A stretch of 64,000 nt of DNA, taken from Alphaproteobacteria bacterium (GTDB lineage: Bacteria; Pseudomonadota; Alphaproteobacteria; MPNO01). Positions 49,267-63,003 of this stretch are shown piece by piece. The translations under genes and the position numbers were made by a program. Location of the stretch: NCBI GenBank assembly GCA_965248835.1, contig CBDFLJ010000002.1, positions 1,216,001-1,280,000 of the forward strand, written 5' to 3'. Position 1 is the first letter of the stretch, and each line of letters opens with the position of its first letter. The notes under the pieces are model-generated. The model did no database searches. It saw nothing but the letters and a program-made list of their open reading frames with translations, and was not told the DNA's origin.

Positions 49267-49769
49267 TGGACCGGGAAATTCTCGCGCGCGCCGAGGCCGT
49301 GCTCGAAACCTGCCGGGCGGCGGGATTGATGGTAGCCTGCATCGAATCCTGCACCGGAGGTCTTCTGGCCGCCGCCCTGACGGCGATCGCCGGCTCCTCG
49401 GACGTCGTCGAGCGCGGCTTCGTCACCTACAGCAACCAGGCCAAAAACCAGCAGGTCGGCGTGTCGATGGCCCTGATAGAGACTCACGGCGCGGTCTCCG
49501 AGCCGGTGGCACGCGCGATGGCCGAGGGCGGGCTCGCAAACAGCAACGGCGACATCGCAGCCGCGGTCACCGGGGTCGCCGGCCCCGGCGGCGGCACCGC
49601 CGCCAAGCCGGTCGGGTTGGTCCACATAGCCGCGGCGCGGCGCGGCGCCCCGACGGTTCACCAACGGCACCTCCTGCCCGGCGACCGCACGGCGATCCGC
49701 GAGGCCTCGGTTCTGGCCGCGCTCGGGCTGATCCTGGAACTCGCCCGATGGCGCGGCGAAAACGGCTGA
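49266..49769 (+). CDS. cinA: CinA/PncC NMN deamidase
   Basis: ESCTGG, GFVTYSNQAK, GAVS, TGVAGPGGG. Confidence 0.92.
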   Translation: MDREILARAEAVLETCRAAGLMVACIESCTGGLLAAALTAIAGSSDVVERGFVTYSNQAKNQQVGVSMALIETHGAVSEPVARAMAEGGLANSNGDIAAAVTGVAGPGGGTAAKPVGLVHIAAARRGAPTVHQRHLLPGDRTAIREASVLAALGLILELARWRGENG

Positions 49770-50551
49770 TCGGCGTCGATTTCTCCGGTGCCCGCGATGC
49801 CGGCCGAAGGATCTGGGTGGCGGCGGGCGCGCACCGCCTCGGACGGTTTGTCCTCGAAGACTGCAGGCCGGCCGCCGAGCTTCCCGGCGGTGCGGTGGAC
49901 AGGGCTGGCGCGCTCGCCGCCCTGGTCGACTTCCTGCTAGGCGAGCGGCATGCCATCGCCGGGCTCGATTTCCCGTTCAGCCTGCCCGAGACGTTCATCG
50001 ATGCGCCGACCTGGGGTGCGTTCCTGCGCGGCTTCGCCGACCGCTACCCGAGCCCGGAGGCCTTCCGCGAGGATTGCTGGCGCCGCGCCGACCGCCGCGA
50101 GCTCAAGCGGCGCACCGATGTCGAGGCGCGGGTTCCGTTCTGCGTCTACAACCTGCGGCTTTACCGGCAGACCCATGCCGGCATGGTCGACGTCCTGCTG
50201 CCGTTGCTCGATTCCGGCGGCGCGCGGATCGTGCCGATGCAGCGGGCGGCTGCCGGCAAGACCACGATCACCGAGATCTGCCCGGCCTCGATCCTCAAGG
50301 CCGAGGGGCTTTATGCACCCTACAAGGGCGGTGGTCCGGACCTGCGCGCGTCCCGGCAAAGACTGCTGGCGTATCTGGTCGAACGCGGTCTGCTGGACCC
50401 GCCCCCGTCCTCCCTTGGCGCGCGGATCATCGAAGACAGGGGCGGGGATGCGCTGGATTCGGTGCTGGCGGCGATCGGCGCGGGTCGTGTGCCGGAGCGG
50501 CTGCCGCGCCCGGACAAGCTCGATCTGATCGAGGGGCGGGTCTATTTCTGA
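49748..50551 (+). CDS. DUF429-like protein (predicted RNase H-like fold)
   Basis: IGVDFSG, GLDFPF, EICP, DALDS acidic motifs. Confidence 0.6.
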   Translation: MARRKRLIGVDFSGARDAGRRIWVAAGAHRLGRFVLEDCRPAAELPGGAVDRAGALAALVDFLLGERHAIAGLDFPFSLPETFIDAPTWGAFLRGFADRYPSPEAFREDCWRRADRRELKRRTDVEARVPFCVYNLRLYRQTHAGMVDVLLPLLDSGGARIVPMQRAAAGKTTITEICPASILKAEGLYAPYKGGGPDLRASRQRLLAYLVERGLLDPPPSSLGARIIEDRGGDALDSVLAAIGAGRVPERLPRPDKLDLIEGRVYF

Positions 50552-51024
50552 AGCACGCTCAGCGATGCGCCGGCGGGCGGCGCATCGCGGCCCGGCGCGC
50601 CATAGAGCGCGTTCGCGCGGGTCTCGAAGGCGGCCACCATCCGGCGCACCGCCTCGTTGAACACCGGGCCCATGATCGCGCGCAGGATGCGCGAGCGAAA
50701 CTCGAAATCGACGTAGAAGTCGATCAGGCAGCCGTCATCCTGCGGCTTGAAGATCCAGTGGTTGTTGAGGTAGCGGAACGGCCCGTCGAGATACGCGACA
50801 TCGATCCGATGAGGCCTGCTGAGGCTTACCCGCGAGGTGAAGCGCTCGCGCACCATCTTGAACCCGACCAGCATGTCGGCGAGGATTATCTCACCGTCCC
50901 GCCGGATCACGCGGACGCCGGTGCACCAGGGCAGGAACTCGGGATAGCGCTCGACCTCGGCGACCAGGGTGAAGAGCTGTTCGGGCTGGTATCGAAGAAA
51001 GCGTTCCTCGGCATGTGTGGGCAT
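50542..51024 (-). CDS. ratA: RatA/Coq10 START-domain protein
   Basis: YPEFLPWC, GPFRYLNNHW, AFETRA. Confidence 0.9.
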   Translation of the reverse strand: MPTHAEERFLRYQPEQLFTLVAEVERYPEFLPWCTGVRVIRRDGEIILADMLVGFKMVRERFTSRVSLSRPHRIDVAYLDGPFRYLNNHWIFKPQDDGCLIDFYVDFEFRSRILRAIMGPVFNEAVRRMVAAFETRANALYGAPGRDAPPAGASLSVLQK

Positions 51025-51986
51025 CAGCTCTCCGCCGTTTCCGCCCGATGCCTGTTCTCACGCGCTTGGCGAAGCTGGGCGAAATCACGATCGGCATGAT
51101 AGGACGAACGGGTCAGCGGTGTCGCCGATACCATCAGGAACCCCTTGCCGGTTGCCATCTTCGCCAGGCCGGCGAACTCATCGGGCGTCCAGAACCGGTC
51201 GATCCGATGGTGCTTGGGCGTCGGCTGAAGATACTGCCCGACCGTCAGGAAATCGACATCAGCCGCGCGCAGGTCGTCCATGACCTGATGGACCTCCTCC
51301 TTGGTCTCGCCCAGCCCGACCATCAGCCCGGACTTGGTAAAGATGCCGGGATCAAGCGCCTTGACCGTATCGAGCAGCCGCAGCGAGTGGAAGTAGCGCG
51401 CTCCCGGTCGCACGCCGGCATAAAGCCGGGGGACGGTCTCGAGATTGTGGTTGAAGACGTCGGGGCGGGCTTCGACGACCATCTCGATGGCGCCGTCCTT
51501 GCGCAGGAAGTCCGGTGTCAGCACCTCGATGGTCGTCTCCGGCGTTGCCGCGCGGATCTTGCGGATAACTTCGGCGAAATGCCCGGCGCCGCCATCGTCG
51601 AGGTCGTCACGGTCGACCGAGGTGATCACAACGTGCTTCAGCCCGAGCCTCTCCGTCGCCTCGGCGACGCGGCCGGGCTCGTGCGGGTCCACGCGGTCGG
51701 GCAGCCCCGTGGCGATATTGCAGAACGCGCACGCCCGTGTGCAGACGCTGCCCAGGATCATCATCGTCGCGTGGCGCTGGGCCCAGCACTCGCCGATATT
51801 GGGGCATGCCGCCTCTTCGCAGACGGTCGTCAGGCCAAGCTCGCGCATCAGGCCGCGGGTCTGGTTGTAAACCGGCGACGTGGGCGCCTTCACCCTTATC
51901 CAGGGCGGCTTGCGCCTGATCGGGTTGTCCGGCCGTGCGGCCTTCTCGGGGTGCCGGACCCGCTGCGGCGACACTGGCTCTGCCAT
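51024..51986 (-). CDS. lipA: Lipoyl synthase
   Basis: [26 protein letters not shown]. Confidence 0.98.
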   Translation of the reverse strand: MAEPVSPQRVRHPEKAARPDNPIRRKPPWIRVKAPTSPVYNQTRGLMRELGLTTVCEEAACPNIGECWAQRHATMMILGSVCTRACAFCNIATGLPDRVDPHEPGRVAEATERLGLKHVVITSVDRDDLDDGGAGHFAEVIRKIRAATPETTIEVLTPDFLRKDGAIEMVVEARPDVFNHNLETVPRLYAGVRPGARYFHSLRLLDTVKALDPGIFTKSGLMVGLGETKEEVHQVMDDLRAADVDFLTVGQYLQPTPKHHRIDRFWTPDEFAGLAKMATGKGFLMVSATPLTRSSYHADRDFAQLRQARENRHRAETAES

Positions 51987-51989
51987 GCG

Positions 51990-53390
51990 CTAGATGTGGA
52001 GGACCCGGCCATAGGCGTCAAGGACCGACTCGTGCATCGCCTCCGAGAGCGTTGGGTGCGGGAAGATCGTCTCCATCAGCTCCGCCTCTGTGGTCTCGAG
52101 AGACTTGGCGATGACGAAGCCCTGGATCAGCTCGGTTACCTCGGCGCCGATCAGATGCGCGCCGAGGAGCGCGCCGGTCACCTCGTCAAAGACCGTCTTG
52201 ATCAGCCCCTGGTCATCGCCCATGGCGATTGCCTTGCCGTTGCCGAGATAGGGAAATCGTCCGATCCGGACCGCGTAGCCGGCCTCGCGCGCCGCCGCCT
52301 CGGTCAGGCCGACGCTGGCGACCTGCGGGCGGCAATAGGTGCAGCCGGGGATGCGCGAGACATCGAGCGGATGGGGATCGAGCCCAGCGATCTTCTCCAC
52401 GCACACGACGCCTTCGTGGCTCGCCTTGTGGGCGAGCCACGGCGGGCCCACCAGATCGCCGATCCCGTAGACGCCGTCTTCGCCGGTGCGCAGCCATTCA
52501 TCGACCACGACATGGCCGCGATCGACGACCACGCTGGAGCCCTCCAGACCGATATCCTCGACATTGCCGGTGATGCCGACGGCGAGGATGGCCCGCTCGA
52601 CGACGATCTCCACCGCGCCCCGAGCGGTCTCAACGGCCGCGCTCACGCCCTTGCCCTTGGGCGTCAGCGCCTTGAGCGTCGCGCCGGTGTGGATGGTCAT
52701 GCCCTGCGTCTCGAAGGCCTTGCGGGCGAAGGCGGAGATCTCCTCGTCCTCTGCCGGCAGGACGCGTTCCAGCACTTCGACCACGGTGACCTCGGCGCCA
52801 AGGTCGCGGTAGAAGCTTGCGAACTCGATGCCGATCGCACCGGAGCCGACGACCAGCAACGAGGCCGGTATCGATGATGGCACCATAGCTTCGCGGTAGG
52901 TCCAGATCCGCTCGCCGTCACGCTCCGGATCCATCCCGGGAAGGAAGCGCGCCCGCGCGCCGGTCGCAAGCACGATATGGGGCGCGAACAGCGTCTCCTG
53001 GCCGTCCCCGGTCGCGACCGTCACCCGGCCCGGCCCGTCGAGCCGGCCGGCCCCATCGAACACCGCGACCCTGTTCTTCCTCAGCAGATGGGCGACACCG
53101 CCGCTGAGCCGTTCGGCGACATCGCGCGAGCGCTTGACGATGCGCGCGAGATCGAAGGTCGCGCCCTTGGCCTCGAAGCCGAAATCGTCGAGATGGGCGA
53201 GCAGGTGGTTGATCTCCGAAGTCCTCAGCAGCGCCTTGGTCGGGATGCAGCCCCAATTGAGGCAGATACCCCCCAGGTTCTCGCGCTCGACCACGGCGGC
53301 AGCCATGCCGAGCTGGGCCGCCCTGATCGCGGCGACATAGCCCCCCGGGCCGCCACCCAGGACGGCGACATCGAAACGGTGCTCGGCCAT
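51990..53390 (-). CDS. lpdA: Dihydrolipoamide dehydrogenase (E3)
   Basis: GGGPGG, CLNWGCIPTK, HPTLSE. Confidence 0.97.
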   Translation of the reverse strand: MAEHRFDVAVLGGGPGGYVAAIRAAQLGMAAAVVERENLGGICLNWGCIPTKALLRTSEINHLLAHLDDFGFEAKGATFDLARIVKRSRDVAERLSGGVAHLLRKNRVAVFDGAGRLDGPGRVTVATGDGQETLFAPHIVLATGARARFLPGMDPERDGERIWTYREAMVPSSIPASLLVVGSGAIGIEFASFYRDLGAEVTVVEVLERVLPAEDEEISAFARKAFETQGMTIHTGATLKALTPKGKGVSAAVETARGAVEIVVERAILAVGITGNVEDIGLEGSSVVVDRGHVVVDEWLRTGEDGVYGIGDLVGPPWLAHKASHEGVVCVEKIAGLDPHPLDVSRIPGCTYCRPQVASVGLTEAAAREAGYAVRIGRFPYLGNGKAIAMGDDQGLIKTVFDEVTGALLGAHLIGAEVTELIQGFVIAKSLETTEAELMETIFPHPTLSEAMHESVLDAYGRVLHI

Positions 53391-53400
53391 CGGGCTCTCC

Positions 53401-54600
53401 TCAGGCCAGCATCGCCGGCGGATATTCGAGGTTGCGCTTGATCGCGCCCAAGAGCTCGGCGCCGATCGCGCCGTCGACCACCCGGTGATCGACCGACAGC
53501 GTGCAAGTCATCACGGTCGCGGGAACGATCCCGCCGCCGCGCACGATCGGGCGCTGCTCGCCCGCGCCGACCGCCAGGATGCAGGCCTGCGGCGGGTTGA
53601 TCACGGCATCGAAATTGCGGATGCCGTACATGCCGAGGTTGGAGATGCTGAACGAGCCGCCCTGGTACGCCTCGGGCGCGAGCTTGCCCTCGCGCGCCCG
53701 CTCGGCCAAGCCCTTCATCTCCTCGGCGATCGCGACCAGCCCCTTGCGGTCGGCATCGCGCACGATCGGGGTGATCAGCCCGTCGGGAACCGCGACCGCG
53801 ACCGAGATATCGACCGCGCCGTGCCGGATCATCGAACCGTCGCCGGCCCAGGAGACGTTGGCCGCCGGCACCTCGCGCAGCGCCAGCGCGCAGGCCCGGA
53901 TAACGAAGTCATTGACCGAGATCTTCGCCGGCGCGGCTCGCCGGTTGATCTCCGCGCGGACTTTCAACAGCTCGTCGATCTCACAATCGACGGTGAGATA
54001 GAAATGCGGGACCGTGGATTTGGACTCCGTTATGCGCTCGGCGATCACCCGGCGCATGGCAGACAGCTTGACGACCTCGTCGGCCGCCGGCACCGCAGCC
54101 CGAGCGGCTTCTGGAACCGGCGCTCTTGCGCCCGCCGCCGCGGCGCCGCCGAGTGCAGCTTCGATATCGGCCTTGACGACCCTGCCATGCGCGCCGGAGC
54201 CGTTGATCGCGGCGATGTCCAGCCCCGCCTGCGCCGCCATCCTGCGGGCCAGCGGCGAGGCGAAGATCCGGTCTTCCTTTCCTGCCGGCGGCGGCGCGGC
54301 GACCGGTGGCGGCGCAGGCGCAGCATCGGGCTTCACCGCGATGTCGGCATCCGCCTCGCCATCGCCCAGCAGCACGCCGATGACGGCGTTGACCGCCACG
54401 CCTTCGGTGCCTTCGGGCACGACGATCCGGCCGAGCACGCCCTCGTCGACGGCCTCGACCTCCATGGTCGCTTTGTCGGTCTCGATCTCGGCGATCACAT
54501 CGCCGGAAGCGACGGGCTGGCCCTCGGCGATCAGCCAGCGCGCGAGGGTGCCCTCGGTCATGGTCGGTGAAAGTGCCGGCATCAGGATGTTGATCGGCAT
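53401..54600 (-). CDS. pdhC: Pyruvate dehydrogenase E2 acetyltransferase
   Basis: ETDKA lipoyl domain, ASPLARR, DHRVVDG. Confidence 0.96.
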   Translation of the reverse strand: MPINILMPALSPTMTEGTLARWLIAEGQPVASGDVIAEIETDKATMEVEAVDEGVLGRIVVPEGTEGVAVNAVIGVLLGDGEADADIAVKPDAAPAPPPVAAPPPAGKEDRIFASPLARRMAAQAGLDIAAINGSGAHGRVVKADIEAALGGAAAAGARAPVPEAARAAVPAADEVVKLSAMRRVIAERITESKSTVPHFYLTVDCEIDELLKVRAEINRRAAPAKISVNDFVIRACALALREVPAANVSWAGDGSMIRHGAVDISVAVAVPDGLITPIVRDADRKGLVAIAEEMKGLAERAREGKLAPEAYQGGSFSISNLGMYGIRNFDAVINPPQACILAVGAGEQRPIVRGGGIVPATVMTCTLSVDHRVVDGAIGAELLGAIKRNLEYPPAMLA

Positions 54601-54639
54601 GGCTGCCTCCCTGTATTGGATGGCGTGCGGCGGGCCGGC

Positions 54640-56037
54640 TCAGCGGCGATAGAGGACATCCTTTGCGGCGCGGACGATGTCGTCGGGCTGCGGCAGGGCA
54701 AGCCGCTCCAGATTGGCGGCATAGGGCAAAGGAACATCGGCGGCGCAGACGCGCGCGACCGGCGCATCGAGCCAGTCGAAAGCCTGCTCCATCATGACCG
54801 CGGCAAGCTCCGAGCCGATCCCCGCGACCGGCCAGCCCTCCTCGACCGAGACCAGCCGGTTGGTCTTCTTGACCGAGTCCACCAGGGTCTCGGTATCGAG
54901 CGGACGCAGCGTACGCAGATCGATGACCTCCGCGTCGATCCCCTCGCCGGCCAGCGCTGTGGCGGCCTCGAGCGCATGGCCGACCATGATCGAAAACGCG
55001 GCGATGGTCACATCCGCGCCGGGCCGCGCGATCCGCGCCCGGCCGATCTGCACCAGCACCTCCTCGCTGTCCGGCACATCGAAGGACTGGCCGTAGAGGA
55101 TCTCGTTTTCCAGGAACACCACCGGGTTGGGGTCGCGGATCGCCGATTTGAGCAGCCCCTTGGCATCGGCGGCGTCATAGGGCGCGACGACCTTCAGGCC
55201 GGGGATGTGGGCGTACCAGCTTGCGAAGCACTGCGAATGCTGGGCCGCGACGCGCGACGCGGCGCCGTTGGGACCGCGGAAGACGATCGGCGTGGTCATC
55301 TGGCCGCCGGACATGTAGTGGCTCTTGGCGGCCGAGTTGATGAGCTGGTCCATGGCCTGCATGGCGAAATTGAAGGTCATGAACTCGACCACCGGCTTGA
55401 GCCCGCCGAAGGCCGCGCCGATCCCGAGCCCGGTGAAGCCATGCTCGGTGATCGGCGTGTCGATCACCCGCCGCGCGCCGAACTCTTCCAGCAGCCCCTG
55501 GCTGATCTTGTAGGCGCCTTGATATTCCGCCACCTCCTCGCCCATGAGAAAGACCGTGTCGTCGCGGCGCATCTCCTCGGCGATTGCATCGCGCAGTGCC
55601 TCGCGCACGGTCTGACGGATCACCGGTCCGGCGTAAGGGCTCTCGGCCGGCGCAGGCGCCGACAGCGGGGTCGGCGGTACAGCGGCTTCGACGGCGGGGC
55701 CGGCAACCGCTGCGGTTGCGATTGCCGCGCCCGCTCCGGATCCGTTAGAAGAGCCCGCCGCATCAACCGTCCCGTCGAGCGCGCCGCCGTCTTCTCCCTC
55801 GGCCAGCAGCACCCCGATCACCGCGTTGACCGCCACGCCCTCGGTGCCCTCCGGCACGACAATCCGGCCGAGCACGCCCTCATCGACGGCTTCGACTTCC
55901 ATGGTCGCTTTGTCCGTCTCGATCTCGGCGATCGGCTCGCCCGAGGACACGGCATCGCCTTCCTGTTTGAGCCAGCGCGCCAGATTGCCTTTGGTCATCG
56001 TCGGTGACAGCGCCGGCATGAGGATGTTGATCGGCAT
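54640..56037 (-). CDS. pdhB: Pyruvate dehydrogenase E1 beta with N-terminal lipoyl domain
   Basis: ETDKA; [19 protein letters not shown]. Confidence 0.96.
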   Translation of the reverse strand: MPINILMPALSPTMTKGNLARWLKQEGDAVSSGEPIAEIETDKATMEVEAVDEGVLGRIVVPEGTEGVAVNAVIGVLLAEGEDGGALDGTVDAAGSSNGSGAGAAIATAAVAGPAVEAAVPPTPLSAPAPAESPYAGPVIRQTVREALRDAIAEEMRRDDTVFLMGEEVAEYQGAYKISQGLLEEFGARRVIDTPITEHGFTGLGIGAAFGGLKPVVEFMTFNFAMQAMDQLINSAAKSHYMSGGQMTTPIVFRGPNGAASRVAAQHSQCFASWYAHIPGLKVVAPYDAADAKGLLKSAIRDPNPVVFLENEILYGQSFDVPDSEEVLVQIGRARIARPGADVTIAAFSIMVGHALEAATALAGEGIDAEVIDLRTLRPLDTETLVDSVKKTNRLVSVEEGWPVAGIGSELAAVMMEQAFDWLDAPVARVCAADVPLPYAANLERLALPQPDDIVRAAKDVLYRR

Positions 56038-56064
56038 AACCGGTTCTCCGGACGCGGACGACGC

Positions 56065-57168
56065 TCAGACGGCGACGAGGACGTCGCTATAGAGCTCCGC
56101 GGCATCGGGCTCCGGGCTGTTCTGGGCGAACTCAGCGGCCTTGGCGACGACCGCACGGACCTCCTTGTCGATCTCCTTGAGCTTCGCGTCGTCGGCGGCG
56201 CCGAGCGCGATCAGGCGCGACCGTACGCTGTCGATCGGGTCGTGCTCGGCGCGCATCTCCGAGACCTCTTCGCGGGTCCGGTACTTCGCCGGATCGGACA
56301 TCGAATGACCACGATAGCGGTAGGTCAGCGCCTCGAGCAGGTAAGGCCCCTGCCCTGCGCGGCAGGTCCGGATCGCCGCCGCGCCGGCCTCCTTGACCGC
56401 CAGCACATCCATGCCGTCGACCTGGGCAGCGGGGATGCCGTATGGCTCGGCGATCCGGTAGAGACCCTGAAGCGCCGAGGCGCGTTCGACCGAGGTGCCC
56501 ATGCCGTAGCGGTTGTTCTCGATGACGAACACCGCCGGCAGCGACCACAGGGCAGCGAGGTTGAAGGCCTCGTGCACCTGGCCCTGATTGACAGCGCCAT
56601 CGCCCATATAGACCAGCGTCACGCCGCCGTCGCCGCGATATTTCTGGGCGAACGCGAGCCCGGCGCCGATCGGTACCTGGGCACCGACGATGCCGTGGCC
56701 GCCGAAGAAGTTCCTCTCGCGGCTGAACATGTGCATCGAGCCGCCCTTGCCTTTCGAATAGCCGCTGCGCCGGCCGGTCAGCTCGGCCATCACGCCCTTG
56801 GCATCCATGCCGCAAGCCAGCATGTGGCCGTGATCGCGATAGCTGGTGACCACGGCATCCTTCGCCTCCAGAGATGCCTGCATGCCGATCACCACCGCTT
56901 CCTGGCCGATATAGAGATGGCAGAAGCCGCCGATCAGCCCCATGCCGTAGAGCTGGCCGGCCCGCTCCTCGAAGCGGCGGATGAGGAGCATCTGGCGGAA
57001 GATGGCGAGAAGTTCCTCGGTATCAACGTCGGTCGCGGTGTCAGAGGCAGTGCCGGCGCCGTTGTCGGCGCGGGCATCGGACTTGGCGGCCCTGCGTTTC
57101 GGTCCCGCCTCGGAAAGGGTCGCCTGCGGGCTTTGGCGGGAGCCGGATTTTTTCTGGGTGGCGGCCAT
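56065..57168 (-). CDS. pdhA: Pyruvate dehydrogenase E1 alpha
   Basis: GFCHLYIGQE, GDGA...NN (TPP motif), YRGHSMSDP. Confidence 0.97.
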   Translation of the reverse strand: MAATQKKSGSRQSPQATLSEAGPKRRAAKSDARADNGAGTASDTATDVDTEELLAIFRQMLLIRRFEERAGQLYGMGLIGGFCHLYIGQEAVVIGMQASLEAKDAVVTSYRDHGHMLACGMDAKGVMAELTGRRSGYSKGKGGSMHMFSRERNFFGGHGIVGAQVPIGAGLAFAQKYRGDGGVTLVYMGDGAVNQGQVHEAFNLAALWSLPAVFVIENNRYGMGTSVERASALQGLYRIAEPYGIPAAQVDGMDVLAVKEAGAAAIRTCRAGQGPYLLEALTYRYRGHSMSDPAKYRTREEVSEMRAEHDPIDSVRSRLIALGAADDAKLKEIDKEVRAVVAKAAEFAQNSPEPDAAELYSDVLVAV

Positions 57169-57362
57169 CGGTGGTCCCCATGGTTGCCGACGGGTGAGGC
57201 GTCGGAAACCGTCCGTCCAGAAGGTCGGGTAGCACGTGAAAAGTCAAGGCTACCGAAGGGTTAGAGGATATAAACCAGGCCGGATCGGGCGCAACCACCA
57301 GATGGGTAAGTTTGTGTCGTTTTGGCCCGTCTGTTCGACACGAATTTTCACAATCCGGCGGT

Positions 57363-57737
57363 TCAGCGCGAAAATCCCGGCGGCCCACCGACCATCGTCC
57401 GTGGCCCGCGCGCATCCCCCGGTGCCAGAACGCCGGTCAGCAGGAAATCGCCCGAACCGACGAAACCGGTCATCAGACGCGCTCGCTCGTCGAGATAGTC
57501 CGGGTCGAGACGGTGGCTGCGCAATGCCCCGACGCGGGCATCGAGGTGCACCCGACGCGCGCGCGCCGCCTGGAGCGTCTGCTCCGCCCGGACGATATCG
57601 CCGCGCATTTCGATGATGCGCAGCACGCCGCGATCGCCATGGAAGGCGTTGAGCCCGAAATAGACGATCAGGGCTGCGCCCAGCATCGGGCCGCCGACGG
57701 CACGAACCGTCCGGCGCATGTCGTATGCCAACGCCAT
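57363..57737 (-). CDS. ftsB: Septum formation initiator FtsB/DivIC
   Basis: YF...GDRG, LDPDYLDERAR; between eno and pdhA. Confidence 0.85.
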   Translation of the reverse strand: MALAYDMRRTVRAVGGPMLGAALIVYFGLNAFHGDRGVLRIIEMRGDIVRAEQTLQAARARRVHLDARVGALRSHRLDPDYLDERARLMTGFVGSGDFLLTGVLAPGDARGPRTMVGGPPGFSR

Positions 57738-57799
57738 GGCCGGAGCGAATCACACCCCGATTCGCCGTGTCAAGCGACAAATTTCCGCCGTGGCGGATG

Positions 57800-59936
<2,137 letters not shown>

Positions 59937-59940
59937 AGCG

Positions 59941-61581
<1,641 letters not shown>

Positions 61582-61668
61582 CTACCACGTCACGCGCCCG
61601 GCGCCACCACGGAAGGCCGGCGAAACCGTATCTTGATTCGCCCAAATGCAACGTGGCGTGGCGGTGCG

Positions 61669-61992
61669 TTAGCGTGCCAGCGGGACCGTCGGCACCTCCG
61701 GCGCCGCGGGCGGCTGGACCGGCGCCTGCTGCTGGACCGGCTGATCCATGATCGAGCGCTGCGGCTGGGTCGAGCCGGACAGGATGGCGAGCAGGATGCT
61801 GGTCGCCATGAAACAGGCAGCAAGGGCTGCGGTCACCCGGGTCAGCAGGTTGGCCGAGCCCCTTGTGGTCATCAGCCCGCCCATCGTTCCGCCGCCCATC
61901 CCGAGCCCGCCGCCCTCGCTGCGCTGCAGCAACACCACGCCGACCAGGGTGACGGCGATGAACAGATGGATCATCAGGAGGACTGCGATCAT
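61669..61992 (-). CDS. secG: Preprotein translocase SecG
   Basis: VLLQRSEGGGLG, NLLTR. Confidence 0.95.
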   Translation of the reverse strand: MIAVLLMIHLFIAVTLVGVVLLQRSEGGGLGMGGGTMGGLMTTRGSANLLTRVTAALAACFMATSILLAILSGSTQPQRSIMDQPVQQQAPVQPPAAPEVPTVPLAR

Positions 61993-62085
61993 GCCGGTTC
62001 GGTTACCAGAGAAGTGGCATCGACGTGCTTAAGGACGCGCCGGACTGCCAATGCGGCCAGATTTAGTGCCATTGGCGCACAAATG

Positions 62086-62847
62086 CTAGCGGCTTGAGCG
62101 GCAGATCGCCCAGAAATCGTCGGCATCCAGGCTTGCGCCGCCGACCAGGGCGCCATCGACATCGGCTACCGCTAGGATCGCTGCGGCATTGTCCGGTTTG
62201 ACCGAACCGCCGTAGAGGATCCGCACCGCATCCCCGTCGTCGAGCTGTTGGCGGAGCACCGCGCGGATCCGCTGATGGATATCCGCGATATCCTCCGTGG
62301 TCGGTGTTCGGCCGGTACCGATCGCCCAGACCGGCTCGTAGGCGATCACGGTATTGGCTGCGCCGGCACTGCCGGCCAGCGAGGCCTGGAGCTGTCCGGT
62401 CACGATCTCGGCGGCGCGGCCGGCGTTGCGCTCGGCCAGCGTCTCGCCGATGCAGACGATCGCGCTCAACCCCGCGCCGATCGCGGCCTCGGCCTTGGCC
62501 TTGACCAGCAAATCAGTCTCGCCGTGATCGCTGCGGCGCTCGGAATGGCCGACGATCACATAGGCGCAGCCGACATCGCGCAGCATGGAAGCCGCGATGT
62601 CGCCGGTATGGGTGCCCGAGGCGGCGACATGGCAGTCCTGCGCGCCGAGTCCGATGTCCGCCGTGCCCGAGAGCGCATCCGCGGCATCGACCAGATAGGG
62701 TGCTGGCGGGCAGATCACGATCTCGCAGCCCGGTTTGCCGCCGCGGTCCAGCCGTTCCGCGAGACCGCCGATCAGCGTCCGCGTCGTGGCCCGCGCGCCG
62801 TTCATCTTCCAATTCCCTGCCACCAGGGGACGGCGAGTCTCGTTCAT
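62086..62847 (-). CDS. tpiA: Triosephosphate isomerase
   Basis: AGNWKMN, GHSERR, AYEPVWAIGTG, LVGGASL. Confidence 0.98.
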   Translation of the reverse strand: MNETRRPLVAGNWKMNGARATTRTLIGGLAERLDRGGKPGCEIVICPPAPYLVDAADALSGTADIGLGAQDCHVAASGTHTGDIAASMLRDVGCAYVIVGHSERRSDHGETDLLVKAKAEAAIGAGLSAIVCIGETLAERNAGRAAEIVTGQLQASLAGSAGAANTVIAYEPVWAIGTGRTPTTEDIADIHQRIRAVLRQQLDDGDAVRILYGGSVKPDNAAAILAVADVDGALVGGASLDADDFWAICRSSR

Positions 62848-63003
62848 GCGCGGGAATGACCTTTTGCCAGGATGGCGCCGGGCGGGAGTTCTATCACAGC
62901 CTGGCCGGATGAGCCATCGGACCGGCTGTGCCGAAGTTGGTTGCGGTGCCCACCCAGGCACCATACATACGGGCGGCGAGACCGCGCCCGGAAGGACCCC
63001 GAC

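Noticed and set aside
50542-51024. ratA as a toxin-antitoxin system
   Set aside because: Housekeeping Coq10-like START protein downstream of lipA; no antitoxin partner
62014-62030. Sigma54-like TGGCAT...TGCT
   Set aside because: GG-to-GC spacing is one base short and it faces away from secG
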